NCBI GenBank assembly: GCA_964016885.1
Contig: OZ024745.1
Span: forward strand, 120,156,001-120,220,000
DNA: 64,000 nucleotides
Source of the DNA: Eledone cirrhosa
Taxonomy: Eukaryota
Reading direction: 5' to 3'
In this document: positions 14,665 to 27,858 of the stretch, in pieces
Numbering within the stretch: the stretch's first letter is position 1
Layout: every line of letters begins with the position of its first letter
Position numbers and translations under genes: made by a program
Notes under the pieces: model-generated
Databases searched by the model: none
Told to the model about the DNA's origin: nothing
Seen by the model: the letters and a program-made list of their open reading frames with translations, nothing else

Positions 14665-15497
14665 CTCAGTAGATGTGTGTGGGTATGCAACTCAGTAGAT
14701 GTGTGTGTGTATGTAACTCAGTAGAAGTGTGTGTTTGTATGTAACTCAGTAGATGTGTGTGTGTATGTAACTCAGTAGAAGTGTGGGTGTCTGGAACTCA
14801 GTAGATGTGTGTGTATGTAACTCAGTAGATGTGTGTGTGTATGTAACTCAGTAGAAGTGTGTGTGTATGTAACTCAGTAGATGTGTTTGTATGTAACTCA
14901 GTAGATGTGTGTGTATGTAGCTCAGTAGATGTGTGTGTGTATGTAACTCAGTAGATGTATGTGTATGTAACTCAGTAGATGTGTGTGTGTATGTAACTCA
15001 GTAGATGTGCGTGTGTATGTAACTCAGTAGATGTGTGTGTATGTAACTCAGTAGGTGTGTGTGTGTATGTAACTCAGTAGATGTGTGTGTGTATCTAACT
15101 CAGTAGAAGTATGTGTGTATGTAACTTAGTATATGTGTGTGTGTATGTAACTCAGTAGATGTATGTGTATGTAACTCAGTAGAAGTGTGTGTGTGTATGT
15201 AACTCAGTAGATATGTATGTGTATGTAACTCAGTAGATGTGTGTGTGTGTGTGTATGTAACTCAGTAGAAGTGTGTGTTTGTATGTAACTCAGTAGATGT
15301 GTATGTGTATGTAACTCAGTTGATGTGTGTGTGTATGTAACTCAGTAGAAGTGTGTGTTTGTATGTAACTCAGTAGATGTGTATGTGTATGTAACTCAGT
15401 AGATGTGTGTGTGTGTGTGTAACTTAGTAGATGTGTGTGTATGTAACTCAGTAGATGTGTGTGTGTATGTAACTCAGTAGATGTGTGTATGTAACTA
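13428..15497. repeat. 2 kb minisatellite, unit gtaactcagtaga(t/a)(gt)n-at, ~22-30 bp
   Basis: Constant 13-mer separated by variable-length (GT)n. Confidence 0.95.
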
Positions 15498-15877
15498 AAG
15501 CGTAAAGTACGTTACGGATGGACGGAACACAAGCAATATTATAATAAGATGACTAAATGATTTTAACTTGTTTTTTAACAATTGGTGGGGAAAAGATTTC
15601 AAATTGTCTTAACTTGGACCGCAACTCATGGTTTCTGACACTCTTACCGGCTACATAGCCTGGGAGTTTATTTTACCATGACCGGCTACATAGCCTCTTC
15701 CTATAAAGAAGTGAGGTTTTCAGAATATAAGGGGAGGTGTAAGACTACAAATAAGGGGATTACTGAAGGAATCTCACTTTCGTCGTTCTTATATTTATTA
15801 CTCTTACCCGCATCCATAGTAAGGCTAGAATTAACGCCCGCACCACCATCGTAACCATCAAACCAACCACCTTTATT

Positions 15878-15904
15878 ATCATTGTCGTCGTCGTCATTAT
15901 CGTT

Positions 15905-15949
<45 letters not shown>

Positions 15950-16104
15950 GTTGCCGTCGTCGTCGTCGTCGTCATCGTCGTTGCCGTCGTTGTCATCGTC
16001 ATCGTCGTCGTCACCATCACCATCACCATCGTCATCATCATCATCATCCCCATCATCACCATCACCATCATCATCATTACCACCATCACCATCATCAGCA
16101 TCAC

Positions 16105-16143
<39 letters not shown>

Positions 16144-16189
16144 TATCACCATCATCATCATCATCATCATCATTATCACCATCATCGTT

Positions 16190-16220
<31 letters not shown>

Positions 16221-16312
16221 CCATCATCATTATCACCATCATTATCGTCATCACCATCATCATCATCATCATTATCACCATCATCATCCCTGCCCTTCAT
16301 CATCATCATCAT
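15878..16312. repeat. (CAT)n/(CGT)n/(CAC)n trinucleotide microsatellite
   Basis: Direct reading. Produces spurious poly-D/S/M ORFs. Confidence 0.95.
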
Positions 16313-16644
16313 CGTGATCATCGAATCAATGCATGTATATCTCAAATCAAGTTGTAGACCACAACTTTACATAGCGATGCATCCTTCTAAGGCTTTACAG
16401 CCTTTTCTGATAACTTAACATTTTTTTTTATTCTTTATAATATATAATATATACTTTCTATAGAATGGAATTGATTTGTAATTAAATAGTAGAGATTGAG
16501 AGAGTGTGTATGAACGCGTGTCTATTATGTGGAGAGGGGGATAAGCAATTAAAGCCAGCCTTATTTATATATATGTGAATACAGTTATTTTTGCAATGAC
16601 GAATGTGAAGATTCCATTAACGAAAATTGATTTGGTTAACTTTT

Positions 16645-16950
16645 CTTCTTCGCCTTCTTATTTCCGAGAGTGTCGTGGGGCTAGATTCTTCACACACTCC
16701 TTCCAGCTGGTCCTGTCAAAAGCAACTATCTCCAACTGACTTGGCTGAATCCCGCCTAAGCGAGACCAGCCAAGCTCATGGATGTTATCTAACCACTTTG
16801 TTCGGGGTTTACTCTTGGCTCTCCCGCAGGTTGGTTTTGCCCGTAAAATGATTCTTTCCTGAGACATTCTAACAACATGCTCATAGTATAGTAGCTGTGA
16901 TCTCATAATTTGGAGAAGTAGGGGCTCTACCTGGAGCGTACTCTCTGATC
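16645..16950 (-). pseudogene. 3' fragment of RTE-like LINE ORF
   Basis: QLLYYEHVVRM...GRAKSKPRTKWLDNI...AFDRTSWKECV matches the RTE C-terminal pattern (GHVxRM...GRPRxRWxD...AxDRxxW). Confidence 0.7.
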
Positions 16951-17671
16951 TCCGAGTCCATCTATGTGTCTATATATACAGCCAACTCTATAATGCTCCA
17001 TAGAAAAATAACTTTAAGCGACTCATTCTATAATTTAGATTATTACAATAATTATTTATTCATTACATGCGTGTGTGCGTAAATGTGTTAGTAATACGCG
17101 TGTGTGGGCACGTGACAGGAATATTTTCTGATTCTGATCTCCACTGAGTCTAATGAGCAAATCAATCCCAGTGTCGAAGCTAATTGATTAATCTTATGTA
17201 CTGGCCTTTTGCGAAACACGTGTCTCGCGTGATGATGAATAAAACGTTAAATTGAAACCAGTCCCTCATTCTTTATATAAACACTCTGTATATTACGCGA
17301 ATAACAAACAGATATTGGTATTAATACACAAAAGAGAAGCATAGAGAGCTCAAACATGTTTCCTATAGTAATATATTATTGCTCACCAACTGACAATACT
17401 TATATATACATATATATTCACTAAGTGCAAGAGTAAAGAGATTGAAACCTTTCATATGAAATTACAACTACGCTGGGCAGGTCATGTCATGGGAATATGT
17501 AATAATACCGAAAGTCCTCATGCACAGCCAGCTTGGTGGGCGGCAATAATATAGACAATATATAAACAACCAACGGGTTATTGAACCAACCAACCGGAAA
17601 TTTAAAATAAAGTGAAGTGAAAACCAACAGGTGCGTGTTTTTATTGACAGCCTGATCCTCCCAAAGTATAA

Positions 17672-17743
<72 letters not shown>

Positions 17744-17816
17744 TAACAGATTAAAGTTTAAGCAAAGAAGCGCTGCTTTCACCCTTAACGGATTTTCGTC
17801 TTCACATTTATTATTA

Positions 17817-17873
<57 letters not shown>

Positions 17874-17919
17874 ATAATAATAAACAACTTTAAATCCTTG
17901 AAAGCTCTTTGAAATATTA

Positions 17920-18290
17920 TATCGGTGGAGGGTCGGAAGCCATGCTTTCCAGCATAGTTACGTCCCTTTACGATCTGAGTTCAAATCCCGCCGAGGTTGA
18001 CTTTGCCTTTCATCCTTACGGGGTCGATAAAATAAAGTACCACTAATGCACTGGGTAATTGCTGGCCTTGTGCCTAAAGTAGAAACAATTATTAGTAGTA
18101 GTAGGGTGGTGGATTGGCAGTATCGGTAGAGAGTCGGACGCCATGCTTTGCAGCATAGAGTTACGGCCCTTTATTATCTGAGTTCAAATCCTGCCGAGGT
18201 TAACTTTGTCTTACTGGGTCGATAAAATAAAGTAGCAGTAATATACTGGAGTAATTGCTGGCCTTGTGCCAAACGTATAAACAATTATTA
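17920..18290 (+). mobile_element. Two tandem SINE family S copies
   Basis: Copies at 17920-18092 and 18102-18288. Confidence 0.9.
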
Positions 18291-18660
18291 TTTTTAACAA
18301 AGTTACAAGACCAAACATTTAAGAGGAAAGAGTTAATAGATTAAATTAAACCCAGTGCCTAAATGGTTCTTCATTTTATAGACACGGAGAAAATGAGGAT
18401 TTCGATGAAGTTGCGAATTCTGGAGTGGACACAGATAATTGAATCGATTTCTTGGACCTGTATTCATTTTATTAACTCTGGTCGGGTAAAAAAGCATTAT
18501 CGATTCTGGTGGGATTTGAGCTCGAAACTTAAAGGGACGTAGCCATGGGTTATATCAATTATAACTCAATTATAATACAGTATGAGAATTTTCAGTGGTA
18601 ATGCTTTGCCCAGCATACTAGCAAATTATAAGGAAAAAATGACAATATATTCAGAAAGAG

Positions 18661-18695
<35 letters not shown>

Positions 18696-18699
<4 letters not shown>

Positions 18700-18982
18700 G
18701 TATTTAAGAAAGCCACAACAATGCAAAGGGAAATCTCGAGGTAGGAAGTGAAATATAGATAGGAAAAACAGGTGAAAGTGAAAGTTGAGAGAGACAAAGA
18801 TGAAAACAAAACAAAGGTAGAAGGGTTACCGTAGTAGAGATTTTCTCAACTTTCACTTTCACCTGTTTTTCCTATCTATATTTCACTTCCTACCTCGAGA
18901 TTTCCCTTTGCATTGTTGTGGCTTTCTTAAATACGTATTTTTACACATTTCACAATGCTTCAAGCAAACTTTAACACCCTCA
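18696..18982. mobile_element. Fold-back element with ~95 bp perfect arms in (TA)n
   Basis: Arms 18696-18790 / 18844-18938, a 53 bp spacer and a 44 bp unique tail. Same arm-arm-tail layout as 349-722. Confidence 0.7.
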
Positions 18983-19004
18983 TATATATATATATATATA
19001 TATA

Positions 19005-19318
19005 TACGATATTAATAAATGGAAACTATATTTATAAAACCATATTTATTTCATTATACATATTTCAGGGATACCACATTAAATTATGGTATGCCTTCAT
19101 CAGACAAAATGCAATATATAACAGTTTTACAAATAGGTTTGACGTACCCTTTAAAATACAACCCTGAAATATGTTTAATGAAATAAATATGGTTTTATAA
19201 ATATAGTTTCCATTTATTAATATCGTATATCTACTCCAAAAATTTGTCGAGTGCTTTATATCAGTTATAAAAATATTTACTTGTTGTATCCCAACAACTT
19301 TAAATAGAACTTTTGCAT
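19005..19318. mobile_element. Fold-back solo pLTR of Naiad family A
   Basis: Arms ~19005-19070 / 19161-19228 plus tail. Homologous to 27650-27858, 39960-40165 and 54074-54310. Confidence 0.8.
19048..19110 (-). ncRNA. Hammerhead ribozyme motif
   Basis: attttgt CTGATGA aggcataccataatttaatgtggtatccct GAAA tatgta TA atgaaat. Confidence 0.75.
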
Positions 19319-19331
19319 ATATATATATATA

Positions 19332-19842
19332 TTGTTATACTTTGGGAGGGTCATGTTGCCAATAAGAAACACACGCACCAGTTGTTTTCACTTCAATTTA
19401 TTATTATAATAAATTTATAATAAATTTATAAATTTATAAATTTCTGGTTGGTTGGTTGGTTGGTTCCACAACCAGATAGTTGTTTATATATTGTCATAGT
19501 TCTTTCGTCACACACTCTGTGACCTCTTCAGTGACTGGGGATTCCTTTCTTTGTTTCTGTGCCTCTCCTTTGTTCTGTCCTACGCCATTTTGTTTCTGTG
19601 TGTGTGTTGTGTGCTCGGTCTGCGCATGCGCCACATCCGGGTGTCTGTGTGTGTTTATGTTCATTTATTTATTTGTTTATTTACATGTTACTGGTTGGTT
19701 GTTTGTTCTATGTGTGTGTGTGTTTTCATTTTGTCCTTAATTGTAAGTTGTGATGTTGCTGTTCCACTCATATTTTCTATAACAATATCGGTTTCAACAC
19801 ACGATTTCAGATAAAGAATCTTGCTAAACAAATTCAGAAACG

Positions 19843-19845
<3 letters not shown>
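19332..19845 (-). mobile_element. pLTR/3' UTR of the Neptune-like PLE with short inverted 5' piece
   Basis: 19332-19778 is the reverse complement of ~28720-29150. 19778-19845 matches 29143-29210 in the same orientation. Confidence 0.75.
19493..19535 (-). ncRNA. Hammerhead ribozyme motif
   Basis: gtca CTGAAGA g gtcaca gagtg tgtgac GAAA gaac TA tgac. Confidence 0.7.
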
Positions 19846-19901
<56 letters not shown>

Positions 19902-19980
19902 CTCTTTCTTTTCCCCTTCCACACAGTGATCGCCTCTCTACATGTTTTCATTACCACTGAATATATTGTCATGTTTTCCT

Positions 19981-21548
19981 TATGAGAGCAGGATACAAGT
20001 TGGGAAAAGGAGAGCTTACCATCAACCACCTCCTCTTCATGGACGATCTTAAACTCTTTGGGAAGAGTGAGAAGGAGTTGGATGTACTTGTTGACACTGT
20101 CCGTATTTTCAGCAATGATATATGTATGGAATTTGGTATTAATAAGTGTGGAATCCTAGTGATGAAGAGGGGGAAAATTGAGCAGAAGCAACGGAATACA
20201 GGTACCACAGGTGAGATGATAAAGCAAATTGACACTGAAGAAGGATAGAAATATTTAGGTGTTCTGGAGGCAGATGACACCAAGAACAAAAATAATGAAG
20301 GATTTGATAAGATATAAGTGCATTAGGAGAGTAAAGAGCATATTAAATTCACATCTAAATAGTATTAATGTCATAAGTGCAGTAAATTGCCGAGAAGTGT
20401 CTATTATTAGGTACAGTGCGGGAATTCTGAAATGGAATGTTGCTGAACAAAAAGAAATGGATAGGAAGACTAGGAAGCTATTGACTATCTACAACATGTT
20501 CCATAAGAGGAGTGATGTCGATAGACTCTACTTAAAGAGATCTGAAGGTGGAAGAGGTCTTATCAGCATAGAGGACTGTGTTCAGATGGAGAAAAACAAC
20601 CTACACAAATACGTGACTGAGAGTAGGGAGCCAATGCTCAAAATTGTACTGAAGGAGAAGGCAATAGACCAGGGGATGTCCAAGGAGGAAATAACAACAA
20701 GGAGGAAGAGCAACCGTCATGAAAAATCCCTTCATAGTACCTTCTTTGAGAAAACTGAATTCAGATATCCACAGACATGGAACAGGTTGAAAAGAGGAGA
20801 CCTTAAAAAGGCTACAGAAGGAATGCTAATGGCTGCGCAAGAGCAGGCCCTCAAAACGAAGTGGCTGAAACACCATATTTACAAGGAGGAGGCTAGCCCA
20901 CTGTGTATGATCTGTGGAGAGAGAGAGAGGAGACTGTGGCTCACATTGTATCCGAGTGTAAACACCTAGCCCAGACTCACTATAAAGGCTGGAGACATGA
21001 TGTGGTGGGCAGGGTGATCCACTGGCAACTATGCAAAGTAAACACTTTACGACATTCTGAGAAGTGGTATGAGCATAAGCCAGAGTCGGTGATAGAAAAC
21101 GATCAGGTGAAGGTTCTGTGGGATTTTAGGATACAGACGGATAAGAAACTGGAACACAATAGGCCTGACCTGGTGGTTTTGGACAAGGAAAAAAGATCAT
21201 GCCTGATTGTAGATGTAGCCTGCCCATTTGACACGAGAGTGCAAGAAAAGGAGAGGGAGAAAATTAACCGATACCAAGACTTAAAGTGGGAGGTAAAAAG
21301 GATTTGGAACTGCCATGAAGTCAGAGTCGTCCCGATTGTCATAGGCGCACTAGGTACTATCTCAAAGAGTTTCCAAAGATGGTTAAAGAAAATTAGTCCA
21401 GCCCCACTTTTGGAACACTTCAAAAGGCATGCTTGCTGGGAATAGCAAGAACCCTCCGATACGTCCTGATTATCTGAGGCTGCAGGTAGCTGTTTTATAT
21501 TCATTTCAATAAACTTTCCAGTTAAATAACATTAATGACTGAGACTCA

Positions 21549-21550
<2 letters not shown>
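19981..21550 (+). mobile_element. 5'-truncated R4/Dong-clade RLE LINE, copy 1 (frameshifted)
   Basis: RT motif NHLLFMDDLKLF, RLYLKRSEGGRGL, CCHC CxxC...HIVSEC, RHD and RLE RPDLV...DVACPFD...EKINRY. Ends in (TAA)n. Confidence 0.9.
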
Positions 21551-21614
<64 letters not shown>

Positions 21615-21621
21615 TATTATT

Positions 21622-22775
21622 ATTATTAGGTACAGTGCGGGAATTCTGAGATGGAATGTTGCTGAACAAAAAGAAATGGATAGGAAGACTAGGAAGCTAT
21701 TGACTATCTACAACATGTTCCACAAGAGGAGTGATGTCGATAGACTCTACCTAAGGAGATCTGAGGGTGGAAGAGGTCTTATCGGCATAGAGGACTGTGT
21801 TCAGATGGAGAAAAACAACCTATACAAATACGTGACCTATAGTAAGGAGCCAATGCTCAGAACTGTACTGAAGGAGGGGACAGTAGGCCAGGGGATGTCC
21901 AAGGAGGAAATAACATCAAGGAGGAAGAGCAGCCTTAAGGGAAAATCCCTTCATAGTACCTTCTTTGAGAAAACTGAATTTAGAGATCCACAGACATGGA
22001 ACTGGTTGAGAAGAGGAGACCTCAAAAAGGCTACAGAAGGAATGCTAATGGCTGCGCAGGAGCAGGCCCTCAAAACGAAGTGGTTGAAGCACCATATTTA
22101 CAAGGAGGAGGCTAGCCCACTGTGCAGGATCTGTGGAGAGAGAGAGGAGACTGTGGCTCACATTGTGTCCGAGTGTAAACACCTAGCCCAGACCCACTAT
22201 AAGGGCTGGAGACACGATGTGATGGGCAGGGTGATCCACTGGCACCTGTGCAAAGTAAACAATTTACCACATTCTGAGAAATGGTATGAGCATAGGCCAG
22301 AGGCAGTGATGGAGAACAATCAGGTGAAGGTGCTGTGGGATTTTAGGATACAGACGGACAAAAAACTGGAACACAATAGACCTGACCTGGTGGTTGTGGA
22401 CAAAGAAAAAAGATCGTGTCTGATTGTGGATGTGGCCTGCCCTTTCGACACGAGAGTGCAAGAGAAGGAGAGGGAGAAAATTAACCGATACCAGGACCTA
22501 AAGTGGGAGGTGAAAAGGATTTGGAACTGCCATGAAGTCAAAGTGATCCCGATTGTCATAGGCGCACTGGGGACTATCTCCAAAAGTTTCCAGGGATGGT
22601 TAAAGAAAATCGGCCCCTTCACGCTTTTTGGAACGCTTCAAAAGGCATGCTTGCTTGGAACAGCAAGAACCCTCCGATACGTCCTGAATATCTGAGGCTG
22701 CAGGTAGTGGCTTGATATTCATTCCAACGGACTTTCCAGTTAACCAACATCAATGACTGAGATTCAAGGAATAAC
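21622..22775 (+). mobile_element. 5'-truncated R4/Dong-clade RLE LINE, copy 2 (open frame to 22695)
   Basis: Close paralogue of copy 1 from RYSAGIL to the stop, with CCHC and PD-(D/E)xK RLE. Lies between (TAA)n/(TTA)n arrays. Confidence 0.9.
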
Positions 22776-22804
22776 AACAATAATAATAATAATAATAATA
22801 ATAA

Positions 22805-22920
22805 TTGTTTCTACTTTAGGCACAAGGCCAGCAATTACCAGTGCATTACTGGTACTTTATTTTATCGACCCCGTAAGGATGAAAGGCAAAGTCAACCTCG
22901 GCGGGATTTGAACTCAGATG
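22805..22920 (-). mobile_element. SINE family S, 5'-truncated, in (TAA)n
   Basis: Matches the other copies. Confidence 0.85.
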
Positions 22921-23261
22921 GTAATAATAATAATAATAATAATTAAAAAGGTATAGGAGGCTTGCTTAAGGAATATATACAAATTTTCTGTAGGTAGGTT
23001 TTAATTATGATATAGTTTATGATTGAGAAGAATGGAATGTAATATAGGAAAATATAGACAAAAAAGAGAAAAAGAAATAAAAAAACGGGAAGGGGAGACT
23101 TTTTCTATTAAACTGTATTTACATGATATATTCCATAAATAAAATAGTCGTTTATGATTTAGTATGATCATTAATTCCTAATTTAGTATCATGTTAGTAT
23201 AATAATCAGTTTATAATTTAGAATATCTAAAAAAATTCTTACCTTTAAAAATTAAAACTTA

Positions 23262-23355
23262 TCCCTGGCAGTAAACGGGAAAAAAAGCGATGATAATTAC
23301 GTCGCTCCACATGACGACGTAATTACCCTCGCTTTTTTCCGTTCGTTGCCAGGGA
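23262..23355. repeat. 94 bp imperfect palindrome (possible MITE)
   Basis: tccctggca...aacgggaaaaaaagcga...taattacgtcg / cgacgtaatta...tcgcttttttccgtt...tgccaggga. Confidence 0.7.
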
Positions 23356-23641
23356 ACATCTTCACGAACCAAAGTATGGTTTTCCTTCGGTTGTAATGTT
23401 TTTCGAAATATTTAATTCTGCGTCCACAGATTGAATTTTTCTTTTTTTTTTTTTTTTCAGTTTCAGAAGATCCAGGTAAGGGTGAAAGCAGCGATTCTTA
23501 GCTTAAACTTTAATCTGTTCTTATAATAAATATTTGCTCTACGGGTTTATATATATATTATATATAATCCTTATCGGATTATATATAATATATATAGCCC
23601 TCTTCGGATTTTAGTGTTCACATTTATTATTTATATATATA

Positions 23642-23905
23642 TAACGTTTATCTATTTTTTTCTTCAAACTTACATTTTAGACTTAGCTCCATTTAATTAA
23701 TTATTTGTCTAGTTAATTTCTACGGAATAAGAGGAAAGAAGGTAAATTTTATCTGACTGTTCCTCATAAAAGGAATTACGGTAACATTTATCTATTATTT
23801 CTTCAAAGTTACATTTTAAACTTAGCTCCGTTTAAATGATTATTTATCTGGTTAATTTCTACAGACTAAGAAGTAAAAATTGGATAGATTTTGTCTGACT
23901 ATTCT
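23642..23905. repeat. Diverged ~140 bp tandem duplication
   Basis: 23642-23765 is similar to 23782-23905. Confidence 0.7.
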
Positions 23906-24043
23906 ACAAACTTATAATTTTATATAGCCCTGATTCATAATTAATTATTTAATTCATTCACTCATCGAGTCACACCATTGAAGGTAGCAAACACTCATAC
24001 ATGTATCTGTGACTATGATTATATATATGTCCTCTATGACTTT

Positions 24044-24093
<50 letters not shown>

Positions 24094-24211
24094 TTGAGCC
24101 AATTTATGCAGCTTCATATGCAAATGAAATTAATCAGCTCATTTACACAGACGAGAAAACTATATATTCTCGACTGTTTTCAAGTCCAGCAGTAGCAAGC
24201 GCTGGGAGGGT

Positions 24212-24253
24212 CCGTCCTGACAAAGGCTAGTCAAGCCTGAAATGTATAGACGG
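24212..24253 (+). ncRNA. Hammerhead-like motif with one core mismatch
   Basis: ccgtc CTGACAA aggct agtca agcct GAAA tgta TA gacgg, enclosed by the outer stem gtccagcagtagcaag / cttgcttctgctggac. Confidence 0.6.
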
Positions 24254-24369
24254 TTGTCCCCCTTGCTTCTGCTGGACACCACCAGAGGGCGTTAGCCCCG
24301 GTTTTTGCATAGCTACGGCTTCCTAAAACTGTATTTCTTTAGAAATACGAAATTTCTCTCTCCTCTCTC

Positions 24370-24630
<261 letters not shown>

Positions 24631-24657
24631 AAATTACTTTTATATATATATATATAT

Positions 24658-25105
24658 ATGGTGGCTGCCAACTCGTTTTCGAGTACGGCCACTACTTTAT
24701 ATCATATGTAGGAGAACCCCTACCGATGCGCTGAACGAATGTGACTTTTTAGTCCAGCCAGCGACTTGAAAACTCTGGTACAAACACTACACCTGTGACA
24801 ATTATTGACACATAGTGCTGACCCTATGGTACCATGTGACGACAAGTGCAGAGAGATCTCCAGATATAAAGCAATGCCTGTGCCGTGAAACTTTTATAGT
24901 GAGCAAAGGCACTGCACAAAGCCAGTCCCACTCTCTTAACCAAGATGATATTTACCAAAAAGAAAAACAGGTCAACATCATTGGATACCATCAGGGTTGA
25001 AGGTGTTATACCAGAGTTTTCCTTCTCCTAGAATTCTGCCTTGACAAAGGCTAAGTGGTCATCTCTACCGGTGATTTTGGATGGCCATTGACTCTTAAGA
25101 GCTCC
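24658..25105 (-). mobile_element. Non-coding RTE-partner retroposon (family R), 5'-truncated
   Basis: Close match to 35505-35943. Confidence 0.7.
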
Positions 25106-25106
25106 T

Positions 25107-25187
<81 letters not shown>

Positions 25188-25751
25188 CTACTGTTAGTCT
25201 ACTTTTCATTTATTTGGAGGTGTCTAAATTTTCGTAGCATTGGTCACTACGAATTGGTCACTGATAATTCCACTGTAGTCTTGATGCTATTTGAGCTTAC
25301 ATTATGCTCTATGTCTAACCTGTATATAACAGATAAATTATTTCCTTTCAACGCATTGCAGTAATTGTTTAAAGGCAGAAGTTAAGGGTAAATTGAATAG
25401 AATCACATCAAGCTCCAGTATCTTATAGGTATTTATTTTATCGACATAAGGCTACGTCGGCTCCAGCAGGATTTCAACTCAAGAATTTCTTACTGTCGCA
25501 GCTATTTCCATTTGCTTATACAACAATCATATTATATACTAAGAATGTCCTTTCTATCTCTCTTTCTCATCTTGTGTGTGTGTATGGGAGAGTTTGCATA
25601 TATGTCAATGTGTGTGTGTGTGTAGAAGAAAATGGAAAATAGTTTGATAGCATTTGAACCAATACAACTCATATATATCTCCTTTACTGGTGTCAGGCAT
25701 TGGCCAGCGATCATGTTGGGGCTCTACCTTCTCAAATATAGTTGATAATAT

Positions 25752-25930
25752 TTGTTTCTACTTTTGGCACAAGGCCAGAAATTTTCCAGTACATTACTGG
25801 TAATTTATTTTATCGACCCCGTAAGGATGAAAGGCAAAGTTAACTTCGATTTGAACTCAAATTATAAAGGGTCGTAATTCTTTGCTGCAAAACATGACAT
25901 CAGACCCTCTACCGATACTGCTAATCCACA
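25752..25930 (-). mobile_element. SINE family S
   Basis: Matches the other copies. Confidence 0.85.
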
Positions 25931-26160
25931 TCAAACAAACTCAGTCCTTATTTTATCAATTAGTTCCTTTCAAACTTTGAAGAATTGAATTCTGAGTAGA
26001 CCTGAGCAGAATTTCAATTTAATAATTAAAGAAACATAACAAATATCATTTTCTACAATACGCTATCGTTTGTTATAATCTATACCAGAGGTCCCCAACC
26101 TAGGGTCTGTGGATCATTTGCTACCGGCCCGCAAAGAAGTAATTATATATATATACATAT

Positions 26161-27234
26161 AACTAGAATTAATAATAGAAATTTAAACCCTAACCAAAAT
26201 AACCAAAATAGCAGTAATATCTCTAGCAATATCCAACATAATAGTACCGTTCCGAACAACAACAAATGTAACTGTAGAATTAAATCAAACTGTCCTTTAC
26301 AAAATAAGTGTTTAGATAAAATGTTGTCTATAAATGTACAGTTAAAACTAGTGATAATATATTTAACTATGTCGGTGCAACTTCTACAGAATTTAAAAGT
26401 CGCTGGTATAATCACAAATGCTCTTTCCGAAGATTTGATAAAAAATCTTCAACTTCTCTTTCAAACCTGATATGGAACTTAAAATGCAAGAATATGGACT
26501 ATTCATTAGCTTGGGAAATAGTTTCAGAAGCACCCGCGTACTGAAACACAGCTCTATCTAGATTCTGCAAATTGTGTATTGAGGAAATTTTTTTCATACT
26601 TAAATGTAAAACTCTATTAATCTAAGAACGAATTTATTTAATTCTTGTAGACATCGCCTGAATTCAACATTCAGAACTATATATAACTTATAAATTATAC
26701 TTATAATATTTATACTTATTTCCATAACAAACTCATCCACTTGGTTTTAATATATTGATATCGCTAAATCATAATATCTATAACATTTGCTATAATTCCA
26801 CTTCTTAAAATTTCATAAAATATATACGTATATAATTCTAATTTTTTTTTTTATTTAAATTTAAATTTTAATTTTAATAATTTTAATTTCTTTATTTTTA
26901 TTTCTTTAATTTTTATTTCTTTAAAATTACTTATCTCTTATAAATTATTTTTTTTTTAATTTCTCAAATTTTTTATATTTTTTCAATACTGTATCAATAT
27001 TTTTTTAATATTTTTCAATAGATTTATAAGCACTAACTGATTCTGGTTAAATGTATCTTTCAACATCTATACTTATTTTAACTGAATAGTCTCACACTAA
27101 CGAATAAATAAATTAAACCGGAGTGTTTTCCGTATATTCCCATTTTAATTTAATTCAACTTAATATTTATTTACATTAAATACAAAACCAATATCCCTCA
27201 TAACAATTATCTATAACATGATATACCCATCTAT

Positions 27235-27265
<31 letters not shown>

Positions 27266-27858
27266 CCTATTTATTTATTTATTTATCTACTTATAACAGA
27301 AGAAAAATATTATATTATAAACAAAATTTTAAACGACTAATAATCGTAAATACACATACTATTAAGATATATACTTCGAATATATTTCCCTCAAATTAAC
27401 GTTATATGAGTTTTATTCATCTTTTCTTGTTTCTTTCTTCTCTCTCCCTCTTTCTAACACTATTTTATCCTCTCCTCCTATCTCTTCTCTCTCCATAGTC
27501 GTTTAAATAAACGGTTGTTTTTTTCAATTATTTACATATTCATTTGCATATTCACACATAAGTTTGAAAAATCCCTAATATATTTCCATTATCCAGTGAA
27601 TTTCCAACCGATAAGGTATGATTTTCAGGGGTATGTCTCTATTTATAAAACAAATTTTGTATTTTATCTGATGAAAGTGTATCAATATGTCTTGGTACCC
27701 TTGAAATATATATAATAAAATAAATATGGTTTTATAAATATAATTTCCATTTATTTAATATCATTGAATATTTACTCCAGTAAACTGTTGAGTGCTCTAA
27801 ATCAGTTATAAACATTTATATTTGTTGAACTTCCAACAAATTAAATACCCCTTCTACT
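26161..27858 (+). mobile_element. 5'-truncated Naiad-type PLE (family A): GIY-YIG remnant, long AT-rich 3' UTR, pLTR
   Basis: Frameshifted KCNCRIKSNCPLQNKCL...FKSRWYNH...CKLCIEEI...CRHR. pLTR with HHR. (TA)n flanks. Confidence 0.85.
27661..27721 (+). ncRNA. Hammerhead ribozyme motif
   Basis: attttat CTGATGA aagtgtatcaatatgtcttggtaccctt GAAA tatata TA ataaaat. Confidence 0.8.

Noticed and set aside
13428-15497. CRISPR-like repeat-spacer appearance
   Set aside because: The spacers are just (GT)n, the repeat is only 13 bp, there are no cas genes, and the context is eukaryotic.
17738-17820. Short repeat shared with 23455-23525 (-) and 45005-45078, with an HHR-like gaaga...gaaa
   Set aside because: It is a real dispersed repeat, but none of the three copies has an intact core, so no ribozyme is called.
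21535-21628. N-terminus of the 386 aa ORF (MTETQ + poly-I)
   Set aside because: Read-through from the copy 1 UTR and (TAA)n into a truncated LINE, not a real start.
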